Source: Verrucomicrobiia bacterium (GTDB lineage: Bacteria > Verrucomicrobiota > Verrucomicrobiia > Limisphaerales > UBA11358). From it: a DNA stretch of 64,000 nucleotides. Below, piece after piece: positions 17,936-26,949 of the stretch. Position 1 is the stretch's first letter, and each line of letters opens with the position of its first letter. The notes beneath the pieces are model-generated. The model made no database searches and was not told the origin of the DNA. It was given only the letters and a program-made list of their open reading frames with translations. The stretch is taken from contig DASXED010000126.1 in assembly GCA_036490295.1 (NCBI GenBank), positions 1,718 to 65,717 of the forward strand. The letters run 5' to 3'. A program made the position numbers and the translations under genes.

Positions 17936-18253
17936 ATGTATCCACGCTTTCGCATGAAAGAAACTTTGCAAGATGCCGCATACAAGCTAGCCAAAGAAAA
18001 TTATGGAGTTGCTTTGTTTGCGACTAGGGAGAGTCTTGAGCGGATGTTTTCGTCCGCTGGTTTTGATGCAGCATTTCATGCAGCGGAGCGTGGTATGCAG
18101 TTTCACTTAGCAGCCCATCGTTTCGCTGAAAGAGTTTGGGCGAAGGAGTTGCCATACGAGAAGGCCGAGTCTTCACTGCGAAAGCAGTTCCACGAGTTTT
18201 CCGAGAAGACTTGCCAGAAGGCATTCAGCGAGGCATACACAGAGACTCGGTGA
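17936..18253 (+). CDS. Hypothetical protein (105 aa)
   Basis: ORF only, in a more AT-rich segment between the two RRM genes. The predicted product is helical with no recognisable motif. Confidence 0.35.
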   Translation: MYPRFRMKETLQDAAYKLAKENYGVALFATRESLERMFSSAGFDAAFHAAERGMQFHLAAHRFAERVWAKELPYEKAESSLRKQFHEFSEKTCQKAFSEAYTETR

Positions 18254-18274
18254 CACGTCAGCCTAATACCCCAA

Positions 18275-18826
18275 TCATTTCCTCGACACGAACAGATTGC
18301 CCTTGATGTAAAATCGCAAATGCCGCCGCGCCCAATGCTTCGCGTAATCCACGCCAATGCGCGGACGTTTGACGATTGAAAATGATTCCGCTTCGTCCGG
18401 CTCGGCGATGAAAAAATTGTCGCTCAACAAATCATGGCCGTTGAGTTTCCTGTCAATTTTCATCGCGCGGCAAAGCAACCCCGGCCCGCAAGTCCGGCCT
18501 TCGAGATTTTTCACCGGCTCAATCGCGCGCAACAAAACCGCCGACGCATGGCCTTCGCGCTCCGTTACGACGTTCATGCAGAAATACATTCCGTAAATGA
18601 AATAAACGTAGGCGTGTCCCGGCGGGCCGAACATTATTTTTGTCCGCGCCGTCAATCCTTTGGAAGAATGCGCCGCAAGGTCGTGCGGGCCGAGATACGC
18701 CTCGGTCTCGACAATTTTCCCGACGCGCTCCATGCCGCGCGATTTGTGAACCAGAAATTTTCCGAGCAATTCCTTCGCGACGGCAATCGTGTCGCGGTCG
18801 TAAAATGCGCGCGGCAGTTTTTTCAT
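18275..18826 (-). CDS. mpg: DNA-3-methyladenine glycosylase (Mpg/AAG family)
   Basis: 'FYDRDTIAVAKELLGKFLV', 'IVETEAYLGPHDLAAHS', 'GHAYVYFIYGMYFCMNVV', 'VLLRAIEP'. Start placed at MKKLPRAF (ATG at 18826). Confidence 0.9.
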   Translation of the reverse strand: MKKLPRAFYDRDTIAVAKELLGKFLVHKSRGMERVGKIVETEAYLGPHDLAAHSSKGLTARTKIMFGPPGHAYVYFIYGMYFCMNVVTEREGHASAVLLRAIEPVKNLEGRTCGPGLLCRAMKIDRKLNGHDLLSDNFFIAEPDEAESFSIVKRPRIGVDYAKHWARRHLRFYIKGNLFVSRK

Positions 18827-19081
18827 TTCTGCAATAATACTCTTTGAAATAATTCTGCATGATTCTGCAAATTCTGTCTCTTGATTTTGCCGAAGAAAAT
18901 CCGGCAGTGCCCTGATTTCGGAACGCGGCATTTATGACGCTTCACCGTTCAAAGCAATTGGGGCGCTGAAACGGGCTAAAGTCCGCGTTCCATCCGCAAA
19001 TTAGGACGCCGCAGAAAAATCTTGCCATTTCCGCAAAAGCTGCGATTCTTCGCTTGTCTGTAGATAGCACAGAGCTACCAC

Positions 19082-19186
19082 GGCATGGTGAATCTTCAAG
19101 TGAACCTGGTTCAGTGATGATTTGAAATCCGATTAACGGGAACAGTCTGGTCAAAGCAAAGTTCGGTCTAGGACAGTAAACATCAC
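19082..19186 (+). promoter_or_regulatory. Conserved 5' leader of RRM-protein gene, copy B
   Basis: Paralogous to 17334-17436 (same conserved blocks). The short hairpin CCG-ATTAA-CGG occupies the position of CCCG-GTTTT-CGGG in copy A. Confidence 0.55.
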
Positions 19187-19537
19187 ATGAGCAATAAATT
19201 GTTTGTCGGGAATCTATCCTTCGACACCACAGAAAACGACCTGCAGGACGCCTTTGCGGCGCACGGCACGGTCACGGAAACCAACCTGATGATGGACCGC
19301 ATGAGCGGCCGTCCCCGTGGATTCGGTTTCGTCACCATGAGCACGCCGGAAGAAGCTGAAAAAGCCATTCAAGCATTGAACGGCGCCCAGCTTGGCGGTC
19401 GCGCCCTCACGGTCAACATCGCGCGTCCGCGCGAAGATCGTCCGCCCGGCGGCGGCGGTGGCGGCAGCCGCGGACCTCGTCGTGAATTCGGCGGCGGCGG
19501 CAGCGGTGGCGGCGGCGGTCGTCGTGATCGCTATTAA
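19187..19537 (+). CDS. RRM-type RNA-binding protein with a Gly/Arg-rich tail (paralog)
   Basis: RNP2 'LFVGNLSF', RNP1 'RGFGFVTM', and a GGGGG/RR tail. Confidence 0.9.
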   Translation: MSNKLFVGNLSFDTTENDLQDAFAAHGTVTETNLMMDRMSGRPRGFGFVTMSTPEEAEKAIQALNGAQLGGRALTVNIARPREDRPPGGGGGGSRGPRREFGGGGSGGGGGRRDRY

Positions 19538-19555
19538 GCAATAGACTTTTACACA

Positions 19556-19590
19556 GCGAGGCCCGGTTTTATCGGGCCTCGCTTTTTTGT
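19556..19590 (+). terminator. Intrinsic terminator after RRM gene B
   Basis: Perfect 10-bp stem GCGAGGCCCG / CGGGCCTCGC (19556-19565 / 19573-19582) with a 7-nt loop, followed by TTTTTTGTTTTTTG. Confidence 0.8.
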
Positions 19591-19763
19591 TTTTTGTTCC
19601 GGCCCTGTAAATTTCAGGTTGAAGCCGTTTCATTTTACGTCAACATCTTTGGCGGACAGCATGGCGGAATTGCTGGCCGGCAACACCATGCCACATTGTC
19701 CGTCGCTCGGCTTAAGCAGCAAACTGACGTGCTTCAATTTGCGGCGGGTGATTCCGTGAAAGC

Positions 19764-20864
19764 CTAATTTTTCGGCTGTTTCCAGTAAAAGCTCACAACT
19801 TCGACGTCGGTTGGCGAGTTGCGGAAGATGATGGCGACGAACTCGCGCTTGTAATCGCCGACTTGCGCGGTGACGTGGACTTCAAAGGTGCGGCTGTGCA
19901 CGTCGCAGAGACTGCCCAGGCTTGCCCGGGCTTGCGGCGGGACAAGGCCGTTCAACTGGCCGACAGAGCGGAACGGCGTGTCATCGTCGGTTCCATCCAC
20001 GCCGTCGGGCCCGGCGCGTTGCTGGACGATGCTGGCGGCGATCTGGGGATCCACGCCGGGAAGCAGTTGGAGCACGTTGGTGCCGGCGGTGTTGACATTG
20101 ATGCGCCCGGAGGAAATGGGCGTGAAGACATCCTTCAATCCGAACGGATAATCCGGCGGCTGGCCGGGAGAAGTTCCGAAGCCTAGCTTGTGTTGAAAGG
20201 TGGCGGGCGTGTGGTTCGCCGCGCTGCCGCCCCAGTAGATTTCCGGCTGGTCCGAAATTCCCCTGACCAGCAGCAATTCGGACAAGTCGTCAATCGGCGC
20301 GTTCTTGGCGTGATAAGGCGGATTCAATCCCTGATAATAATCGTTCTCCGCGCCGGCAAGGCGGGGCGCATCGTCGGCATCAATCCAGTCTTGGATTGAA
20401 TCGGACACGACGGAAATGTTATCCGCGTCCACACCCATGAGCGTGAGCGCCTGCTGGATTTCCGGCGTGTTGGCGGTGTTGATGTTTGCGAAGCGTTCGA
20501 GGTCAATGATTTTCCAGGAAACCGTGCCGTTTCCAATAGTGTAATTGTCCTGCGAAATTCCGGTCAGCACGCTGTTGCTTTCGCCCATGCTGCATTGCCC
20601 GCTGGCCCAAAACTGATTCAGCGAATCATAAGGCTCGTTTGGAATTGAGGCTGATTGCGCCAGAATCCAGCGTGTCAATTCCACGCCCGAACGGCCGAGC
20701 CAGAGCAATTGCTGGTCGGAATCCGCGTTTTGCGCGAGCTTGGTCTCGACTTTCATCGAATATGCGAAGCCCGCCGCCAGCATGGACAGCACCAAAATCG
20801 CGATCATCGCGATGATGAGCGCGATGCCGTCGCGGGAATTTTGGCGGGTGGAAAATTTCATCAT
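19764..20864 (-). CDS. gspK: Type II secretion minor pseudopilin GspK-like
   Basis: 'RDGIALIIAMIAILVLSMLAAGFAYSM' N-terminus, typical GspK size, C-terminal helix-hairpin-helix-like region. Last gene of the pseudopilin operon. Confidence 0.8.
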   Translation of the reverse strand: MMKFSTRQNSRDGIALIIAMIAILVLSMLAAGFAYSMKVETKLAQNADSDQQLLWLGRSGVELTRWILAQSASIPNEPYDSLNQFWASGQCSMGESNSVLTGISQDNYTIGNGTVSWKIIDLERFANINTANTPEIQQALTLMGVDADNISVVSDSIQDWIDADDAPRLAGAENDYYQGLNPPYHAKNAPIDDLSELLLVRGISDQPEIYWGGSAANHTPATFQHKLGFGTSPGQPPDYPFGLKDVFTPISSGRINVNTAGTNVLQLLPGVDPQIAASIVQQRAGPDGVDGTDDDTPFRSVGQLNGLVPPQARASLGSLCDVHSRTFEVHVTAQVGDYKREFVAIIFRNSPTDVEVVSFYWKQPKN

Positions 20865-21658
20865 TGGCCGGGCAGTTTTATCTGGTTAATCGGGCCACCA
20901 CGGTTCGCCCCCGGCATTTGCACCACTGACGGCAGCGTTTGCGAGGGCATTGAAACCACGCGCGTGACCGTCCGCACCGGGGCGGTGCCGCCAAAACTGT
21001 TGTTGTTGCCGCCGAGCGAAAGGCTGACGCGCACCATTGTCGGAATCGAATTCGTGTCGTCCCATTCATTGTCCCACGCCATTGCGTTCGTGTCCCAGCA
21101 CTCGACGACAAAGCTCTGCACGTTGCGCGCCAGCAGGAGCGGGGTTTGCTGCTCGTCCGCGTCCATGTCCATGAGGATCGGATTCTGGCGCAGCACCAAA
21201 TCTTTTTCCGAATCGGTCCCCGGCTCGACGCTGAACGTGACGCGCCGCACGTTGAAACCGCCGAATTTTCCGTTGCGGAGAAAATCATCCGGCAGCCGCG
21301 CGGTGAAACTTAACGACGGCAGGTCGCCGTTGGTGATGTCGAAAACGTAATACTGCATGGACGCCTGGAACGACTGGATGCACGTCAGCGAATCCTCGAT
21401 GGTGCGGATGGCGACGCGCTGGCGCTGCACCTGCGCGGCGGCTTCCTGCCCGACCCGCGCCGCGCGCATGATCATCAGCCACGTCGAGTAAATCGCCGCC
21501 ATCACGAGGCTGAAAACCGTGATGGCAATCAACACTTCAATCAGCGTGAAGGCGAGTCGTCGAGGGTCGAGGGCCGGGAGCCGAGAGCCGCCGCGCGCAA
21601 CGCGAAATGTTTTCCGCCCTCGACTCTCGGCTCTCGACTTTCGACAAAGAGTTTTCAT
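20861..21658 (-). CDS. Prepilin-type N-terminal methylation-domain protein, GspJ-like
   Basis: 'A|FTLIEVLIAITVFSLVMAAIYS' class III signal motif preceded by a 36-aa Arg-rich leader. The GspJ assignment rests on size and position. Confidence 0.7.
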   Translation of the reverse strand: MKTLCRKSRAESRGRKTFRVARGGSRLPALDPRRLAFTLIEVLIAITVFSLVMAAIYSTWLMIMRAARVGQEAAAQVQRQRVAIRTIEDSLTCIQSFQASMQYYVFDITNGDLPSLSFTARLPDDFLRNGKFGGFNVRRVTFSVEPGTDSEKDLVLRQNPILMDMDADEQQTPLLLARNVQSFVVECWDTNAMAWDNEWDDTNSIPTMVRVSLSLGGNNNSFGGTAPVRTVTRVVSMPSQTLPSVVQMPGANRGGPINQIKLPGQ

Positions 21659-22146
21659 CTTGCCACCGTTGCCCCTTCCAGGCTGCCCGCCGGCGACTGG
21701 GGCCGGTAAAACAAGACGCTCATTTTGGAAATGACGGCGGTATTGCGGTCCACTTCAAAATCCACCTGAAAAAGTTTGTTCGACTGCACTTCCGTGATGT
21801 CGCGCGTCCAGCTGTAGCCGCTGTAGGAATCGCCGAGCAGTTCGCCAAGGTCGCCGGATTCCGTGCCTTCGACGAGTTGATTGGTCAGCGAAAGTTCCGC
21901 CGCCACCAATCCCGCGTCCACCGTGGGACGCTGCAACCGGCGCGCGTTGTCAATGGATTGCGAAACCAGCGCCAGGATGGAAAACGACGCCGTGAAAAAA
22001 ATGACCACGGCGAACATGACTTCGATCAGCGTGAAGGCGCAGGCGCGTCGAGGGTCGAGGGTCGAGGGTCGAGAGAAATTGCGCGCCGCGCGAAATGTTT
22101 TCCGCCTTCGACTCCCGACTCTCGACTTTCGGCAAAGAATTTTCAT
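21655..22146 (-). CDS. Prepilin-type N-terminal methylation-domain protein, GspI-like
   Basis: 'A|FTLIEVMFAVVIFFTA' preceded by a 37-aa Arg-rich leader. Start at the ATG at 22146 (ATGA overlap with the upstream stop). No other in-frame start codon before FTLIE. Confidence 0.7.
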   Translation of the reverse strand: MKILCRKSRVGSRRRKTFRAARNFSRPSTLDPRRACAFTLIEVMFAVVIFFTASFSILALVSQSIDNARRLQRPTVDAGLVAAELSLTNQLVEGTESGDLGELLGDSYSGYSWTRDITEVQSNKLFQVDFEVDRNTAVISKMSVLFYRPQSPAGSLEGATVAR

Positions 22147-22706
22147 TTCATCGGACCGACGGATGCCAGGGCGGTGGTCACTTCGAGCGTGATTTTCCGC
22201 CACTGATCGCCGGAATGAAGCACCAGCGTCATTTCATCGCTCGTGCCGTTCGGAAAAAACCGCACGGGCGGCGCCTCGTCCGCGTCCTTGTATTCCACCA
22301 GATTGATGTCGAGCGCCTCGATGATGATGCTGTCGTCGAACTGCGCCGAATTCACCGGCTTTGAATTAATCCGGGTTGACGGCGCGGACGAATCCACGAC
22401 GCCGCTGAATTCAATCTGATGTGCCTGCGGGTGAAAAACCACCGTGGTCGTCTGGCCGTGCAAAATCGCCTGCGCGCGCGCGTGGCTGCAAATCTCCAGC
22501 GAGTCATTGACCGCCTTGCGCAGCGGTTCTTCTCGAAACGCGCTCAAAATGGATGGAACGCCCATGGCCGCGACGAGGCCGATGATGGCGGCGACCATCA
22601 TGATTTCAATGAGCGTGAAAGCGCTGGCGCGTCGAGGGCAGGAAAAATTTCGCGCGCGTGACTGCGTTCGACCCTCGACTTTCGACTCTCGACTGCTTCG
22701 CATCAT
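22143..22706 (-). CDS. Prepilin-type N-terminal methylation-domain protein, GspH/FimT-like
   Basis: 'A|FTLIEIMMVAAIIGLVAAMGVP' preceded by a 29-aa leader 'MMRSSRESKVEGRTQSRARNFSCPRRAS'. Overlaps the gspF stop. Confidence 0.7.
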   Translation of the reverse strand: MMRSSRESKVEGRTQSRARNFSCPRRASAFTLIEIMMVAAIIGLVAAMGVPSILSAFREEPLRKAVNDSLEICSHARAQAILHGQTTTVVFHPQAHQIEFSGVVDSSAPSTRINSKPVNSAQFDDSIIIEALDINLVEYKDADEAPPVRFFPNGTSDEMTLVLHSGDQWRKITLEVTTALASVGPMK

Positions 22707-23995
22707 TGTCCTCCCGCCGAACTGCCGATGCTCGAAACCATCGAGAACATCGCGCCCAGCACGGCCACCAGCAGGAAGCCGACCATCGCGGCAATGCCGA
22801 CAATCAGGATCGGCTCAATCGTGTTCATCAGCACGCGCAGGGCGATGTTCAATTCGTTTTCATAAGTCTGCGCCACGTTGTTCAGCGCGTCTGGCACGTT
22901 GCCGGTTTCCTCGCCGATTTTCACCAAATCTATCATGAGCCGGGGAAACACCTTGCTCGCCGCCAGCGGCTGCGCGAGCGATTTGCCGTCCGTCACCGCC
23001 TCGCGCGTCTTGGCCGTGGCTTCCTTGATGACGCGGTTGGGAATGACCTGCTCCGTGATTTTCAGCGCGGTGAGCACCGGCACGCCGTTTTGCAGCAGCG
23101 TGCAGAGCGTGCGCGCAAACTGCCCGTAAAGATTCAGGCACATGACCTTTCCAAAAATCGGAGCCTTCATTTTCCACACGTCAATTTTCCGCTTGCCCGT
23201 TTCCGTCGCCTGGAAACGCTTGAACAAAATCACCGCCACGATTGCGACCAGCGCCATCAGCCACCAATAATGCCGGAACGTGTTGCTGATGCCGATCAAC
23301 AGCATCGTCATCGCCGGCAGGTGGGTGAACCCGATGTCGCCGAAGAGCGACATGAATTTCGGCAGGATGAACGTCATGAAAAAAATCACCATGCCGATGC
23401 CCGCGCAAAACACGATGGCCGGATAAACCAGCGCGGATGTGAACTTCGCCTGCACCTGCGCGAATTTGTCAAAGTGATCTGCCATGCGCCGGAGCACGTC
23501 CACCAGCGCGCCGCTCTGCTCGCCCGCGCGCACCATGTTGACATACAAATCCGAAAACACGCGCGGCTGCTTGGCCATCGCGTCGGACAAACTCCTGCCC
23601 TCGGTCACTTCCTGCTTGAGTTCGCGGCTCACGTCCGACGGAATTCCCTTCGTCTCCAGATACGTCATGCTGTTGAGCGCCGTTGACAGCGGCATCCCGG
23701 CCTGGAGCAAATTCGCCAGTTGCTGCGTGAACGTCGCCAGCTCCTGCAACTTCGGCTTGCGCTTCTGCTGCATCTGCGCGCGCAACGTCGGCGGCAGAAA
23801 CGAAGCCAGGCTGAATTTTTGACCGTCGCGTTTTCCGGCGGCGATTGCCGCGCCGCCCTTGCTCGCGTCCACGGCGATTGGAAAAAGCCCGAGGCGCGTG
23901 ATTTGCGCCAGCGCCGCCGGACGGTCGGCCACTTCGAGGACGCCCTCGACCAGTTCGCCGCTGCGCCGGCGCGCTTTGTAGGAAAATTCCGCCAT
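22703..23995 (-). CDS. gspF: Type II secretion / type IV pilus platform protein (GspF/PilC family)
   Basis: 430 aa with duplicated GspF domains ('LATFTQQLANLLQAGMPLSTAL', 'QFARTLCTLLQNGVPVLTAL') and three TM segments. Confidence 0.9.
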   Translation of the reverse strand: MAEFSYKARRRSGELVEGVLEVADRPAALAQITRLGLFPIAVDASKGGAAIAAGKRDGQKFSLASFLPPTLRAQMQQKRKPKLQELATFTQQLANLLQAGMPLSTALNSMTYLETKGIPSDVSRELKQEVTEGRSLSDAMAKQPRVFSDLYVNMVRAGEQSGALVDVLRRMADHFDKFAQVQAKFTSALVYPAIVFCAGIGMVIFFMTFILPKFMSLFGDIGFTHLPAMTMLLIGISNTFRHYWWLMALVAIVAVILFKRFQATETGKRKIDVWKMKAPIFGKVMCLNLYGQFARTLCTLLQNGVPVLTALKITEQVIPNRVIKEATAKTREAVTDGKSLAQPLAASKVFPRLMIDLVKIGEETGNVPDALNNVAQTYENELNIALRVLMNTIEPILIVGIAAMVGFLLVAVLGAMFSMVSSIGSSAGGQ

Positions 23996-24180
23996 AACTT
24001 GATTATCATCTAAAACCGTCCGCCGGCAAAAGTTTCAATCAAGTGCGGTTCAAAGACAAACAGCCGGAACAATTTTCTTGCTCCGGCTGACGAGGCAACG
24101 CCACACCAACGTCTGGCCAGCCTTCAAAAGTATTCGTCCGTCCGTTTGACATCTCCTTGTTTTAAGGCAATGTGAGAACG

Positions 24181-25413
24181 ATGAAATTCTACACCTTTTG
24201 TCTGCTGGTCGCGCTGACAACTTTTGGTTGGTTGGCCGTTGAAGTCCAAGCGCAAACTTATACGAATTTTACGACGATTGATGAGCCGCTGGCCGAGGCG
24301 GGCAGTCTTTATGGCACTTATGTCGAAGGCATTTCAGGCAATGTCGTCGTCGGCTACTATTACAACAGCCAGGGCCGGCATGGATTTTATCACACGCTCG
24401 GCACGACGAATTACACGACGCTGGACGTTCCGGCCGGCACCAGCAGCACGTCTTTCAGCACCGCCGCTTATGGCATCTCCGGCAATAACATTGTTGGTTG
24501 GTATTCCGCGACCAATTTTACCGGCACTTATGGTTTTATCTACAACATCGGCACGGGCGCTTATGCGACATTGGATGATCCAGCCGGTGTCGAAGAAGGC
24601 GTGAGCAGCACGGAAGCTTATGGCATTGATGGAAACAATGTCGTCGGCTCCGAATCAGACAATAGTCTTCCCGCCGGCAGCGTCTTTGGTTTTTTATGCA
24701 CGCCGGCAGCGGGACAGCCTGGCGTGTATTCTTTTGCCTCGTTTTATATTCCCATTCCCTACCGCATCAATGTCAGCGAGTTCTCCACCACCAATTACAT
24801 CACGCTGCCCTATGGCATTTCCGGCGACAATGTCGTCGGGATGGCCAGAGATACGGATGGCTACTCTCACGGCTTTGCCTACAACCTCAACACGACCAGC
24901 CTCACGTTGCTGACGAATTCAGACGGCGGCTTCCTCTGGCCTTACGGCATTGATGGCAACAATGTGGTCGGCTATTTCTCCGACCCCAATAATGATTACA
25001 ACGACAGCGGTTTTCTTTGCGCCATCGGCTCGACTAATTTGACGACGCTGCGCGATCCTTTGGGTGTTGGCGGCACTTTTGCGCAAGGCATCTCCGGCAA
25101 TGCGATTGTCGGATATTATCGCGACACAAGCGGCGCGCCGCACGGCTTCGTGGTGGGAATGCCGACGGTTTCAATCTCGCCGCCAGTCATCAGCGCGTTC
25201 AGTCTGGCGGGAGAAGAATACACTTTGAGCGGAACCAACGGCGTGCCGGGCGCGCCTTATGCAATTCTGGCCACGACCAACGTCGCGCTGCCGTTGAATG
25301 AATGGACGATCGTGGATACCAATTCCTTTGATGGCAACGGCGCTTTCACTTTTTCCAGCGCGGTTGATCCAGCCGCGCCACAGATGTTTTACCGGTTGCA
25401 AGAATCGCAATAG
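24181..25413 (+). CDS. Secreted repeat protein (HAF-like extracellular repeats)
   Basis: Signal peptide, then about 8 repeats of the pattern 'A/P-YGISGNN-VVG-Y...-HGF-Y'. Start placed at MKFYTF (ATG at 24181). Confidence 0.6.
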   Translation: MKFYTFCLLVALTTFGWLAVEVQAQTYTNFTTIDEPLAEAGSLYGTYVEGISGNVVVGYYYNSQGRHGFYHTLGTTNYTTLDVPAGTSSTSFSTAAYGISGNNIVGWYSATNFTGTYGFIYNIGTGAYATLDDPAGVEEGVSSTEAYGIDGNNVVGSESDNSLPAGSVFGFLCTPAAGQPGVYSFASFYIPIPYRINVSEFSTTNYITLPYGISGDNVVGMARDTDGYSHGFAYNLNTTSLTLLTNSDGGFLWPYGIDGNNVVGYFSDPNNDYNDSGFLCAIGSTNLTTLRDPLGVGGTFAQGISGNAIVGYYRDTSGAPHGFVVGMPTVSISPPVISAFSLAGEEYTLSGTNGVPGAPYAILATTNVALPLNEWTIVDTNSFDGNGAFTFSSAVDPAAPQMFYRLQESQ

Positions 25414-25485
25414 GCGGCGCTCTTAAAAATGAAAATGCGAATCGTGCTTGACGCGGGCGGCGATTTTGATTGCACTGTGTCCATT

Positions 25486-25881
25486 ATGAAAACGAAAATT
25501 TTTGCGGCGTTTGCCGGGATTGCCATTGTCACCGCCGGTTGCGTCAGCACCGTGAGCGGGACGCACACGGCGGCTGTGCCGTTTGAAAAGGACAGCGTGT
25601 CTGGCCGTTATGAGCGGACGGTGGATCAGGTTTATCAGGCTTCGGTGCAGGTCGTTCAAAACAATGGCGTGGTCATCACGGAATTCATTCCGCACGACAC
25701 GACGAACAGCGTGCGCTCGCTGCTCGGCAAGGTGAACCAGGGCAAAGTCTGGGTGCGCGTCGAGGCGGTGGATCCGAAAATCACGCAGGTCACCGTCCAG
25801 GCCCGCACGCAACATGGCGGCAGCAACCTGGATGTCGCGCACCAGTTGGAGAAGGAAATCGCGCTACAACTGGCGCGGTGA
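25486..25881 (+). CDS. Small lipoprotein, function unknown
   Basis: Lipobox 'VTAGC' after 'MKTKIFAAFAGIAI'. 131 aa. Confidence 0.6.
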   Translation: MKTKIFAAFAGIAIVTAGCVSTVSGTHTAAVPFEKDSVSGRYERTVDQVYQASVQVVQNNGVVITEFIPHDTTNSVRSLLGKVNQGKVWVRVEAVDPKITQVTVQARTQHGGSNLDVAHQLEKEIALQLAR

Positions 25882-25890
25882 TTTCGCCCC

Positions 25891-26949
25891 TCATCTTTGC
25901 GGAATGATCCTGTCCGGATGCCGCGCGCGGCTGACCGCCGTGTCGTAGCTGATCTGGCATTTGCAATACAGGTCGTAAAGGCAATTGTCCATCAGCAGCA
26001 TTCCCTCCTTGCGCCCGGTCTGAATCGTGTTTTCCAAATGGTGAAGCTGGTTTTCCCGAATCTGGTTGCGGACGGCTCCGTTGGCGATCAGCAATTCATA
26101 GGCGAGAATCCGGCGCGACCTGTCCGCCGCCGGCAGCAAATCCTGCGAGATGATTCCCTGAAGCGCGTTGGCAAGTTGTAAAATAATCTGCCGCTGCGCG
26201 TTGCCGTCAAAAACGCCGATGATGCGCTCGACTGCGTGCGAGACGTTCGGCGAGTGCATCGTGGCGAGAACCAGATGGCCGGTTTCCGCCGCCGTCAACG
26301 CCGTGGAAATCGCCTCGTGATCGCGCATCTCGCCCACGACAATCACGTCGGGGTCCTGCCGCAAAACGTGGATGAGAGCGCGGTTGAACGAACGCACGTC
26401 CGTTAAAACTTCCTGCTGCACGACGATGGCGCGCTTGTTTTGGTGGACGAATTCAATCGGGTCTTCAATCGTGACGATTTTGCAGCGGCGCTCGCTGTTG
26501 ACGAGGTCAACGAGATAATTGAGCGTCGTGGTCTTGCCCGCGCCGGTCGGGCCGGTGATGAGGACGAGTCCATTCGGCTTGCGCGCGAGTTCCTCGATTT
26601 TTTTGGGAAGGCCAAGCTCGTCGCGCGTGGCGATTTTGTCGCCGCAAAAGCGGAAGCTCATTTCAGGATGCCCGTTGCGGCGGTAAAAAGTCATGCGGAC
26701 GCGCCCGGCCGCGCTGTGCAGCAGCGAAATGCAAAGCTCCCAATCCTGCTCGAATTTTTTCCTCTGCTGTTCGTTCAACAGGCTGTCCGTCATGGCCGTG
26801 ATGTCCTCGATGGTCAATGCGTCCTCATCCGCGATGATGATTTCTCCGTTGACGCGAAACGCGGGCGGAACGCCGGTCACGAGATGAAGGTCGGAGGCGT
26901 CAAAGTCATTGACGGCGGATAAAAGGCGGTCCAAAAGCGGCGTGCTCAT
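25891..26949 (-). CDS. PilT/PilU-family hexameric ATPase (352 aa)
   Basis: 'ASDLHLVTGVPPAFRVNG', Walker A 'GPTGAGKTT', 'IVTIEDPIEF', 'ALRQDPDVIVVGEMRD', 'TGHLVLATMHS'. Start at MSTPLLDRL (ATG at 26949; ATGA overlap with the TPR gene). The 445-aa track ORF is an N-terminal over-extension. Confidence 0.9.
   Translation of the reverse strand: MSTPLLDRLLSAVNDFDASDLHLVTGVPPAFRVNGEIIIADEDALTIEDITAMTDSLLNEQQRKKFEQDWELCISLLHSAAGRVRMTFYRRNGHPEMSFRFCGDKIATRDELGLPKKIEELARKPNGLVLITGPTGAGKTTTLNYLVDLVNSERRCKIVTIEDPIEFVHQNKRAIVVQQEVLTDVRSFNRALIHVLRQDPDVIVVGEMRDHEAISTALTAAETGHLVLATMHSPNVSHAVERIIGVFDGNAQRQIILQLANALQGIISQDLLPAADRSRRILAYELLIANGAVRNQIRENQLHHLENTIQTGRKEGMLLMDNCLYDLYCKCQISYDTAVSRARHPDRIIPQR

Noticed and set aside
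19600-19760. Possible small ORF downstream of gspK on the minus strand (TTG-initiated, '..KHVSLLLKPSDGQCGMVLPASNSAMLSAKDVDVK*').
   Set aside because: It has no ATG start and no recognisable motif, and it is very short. It cannot be told apart from a random open frame.
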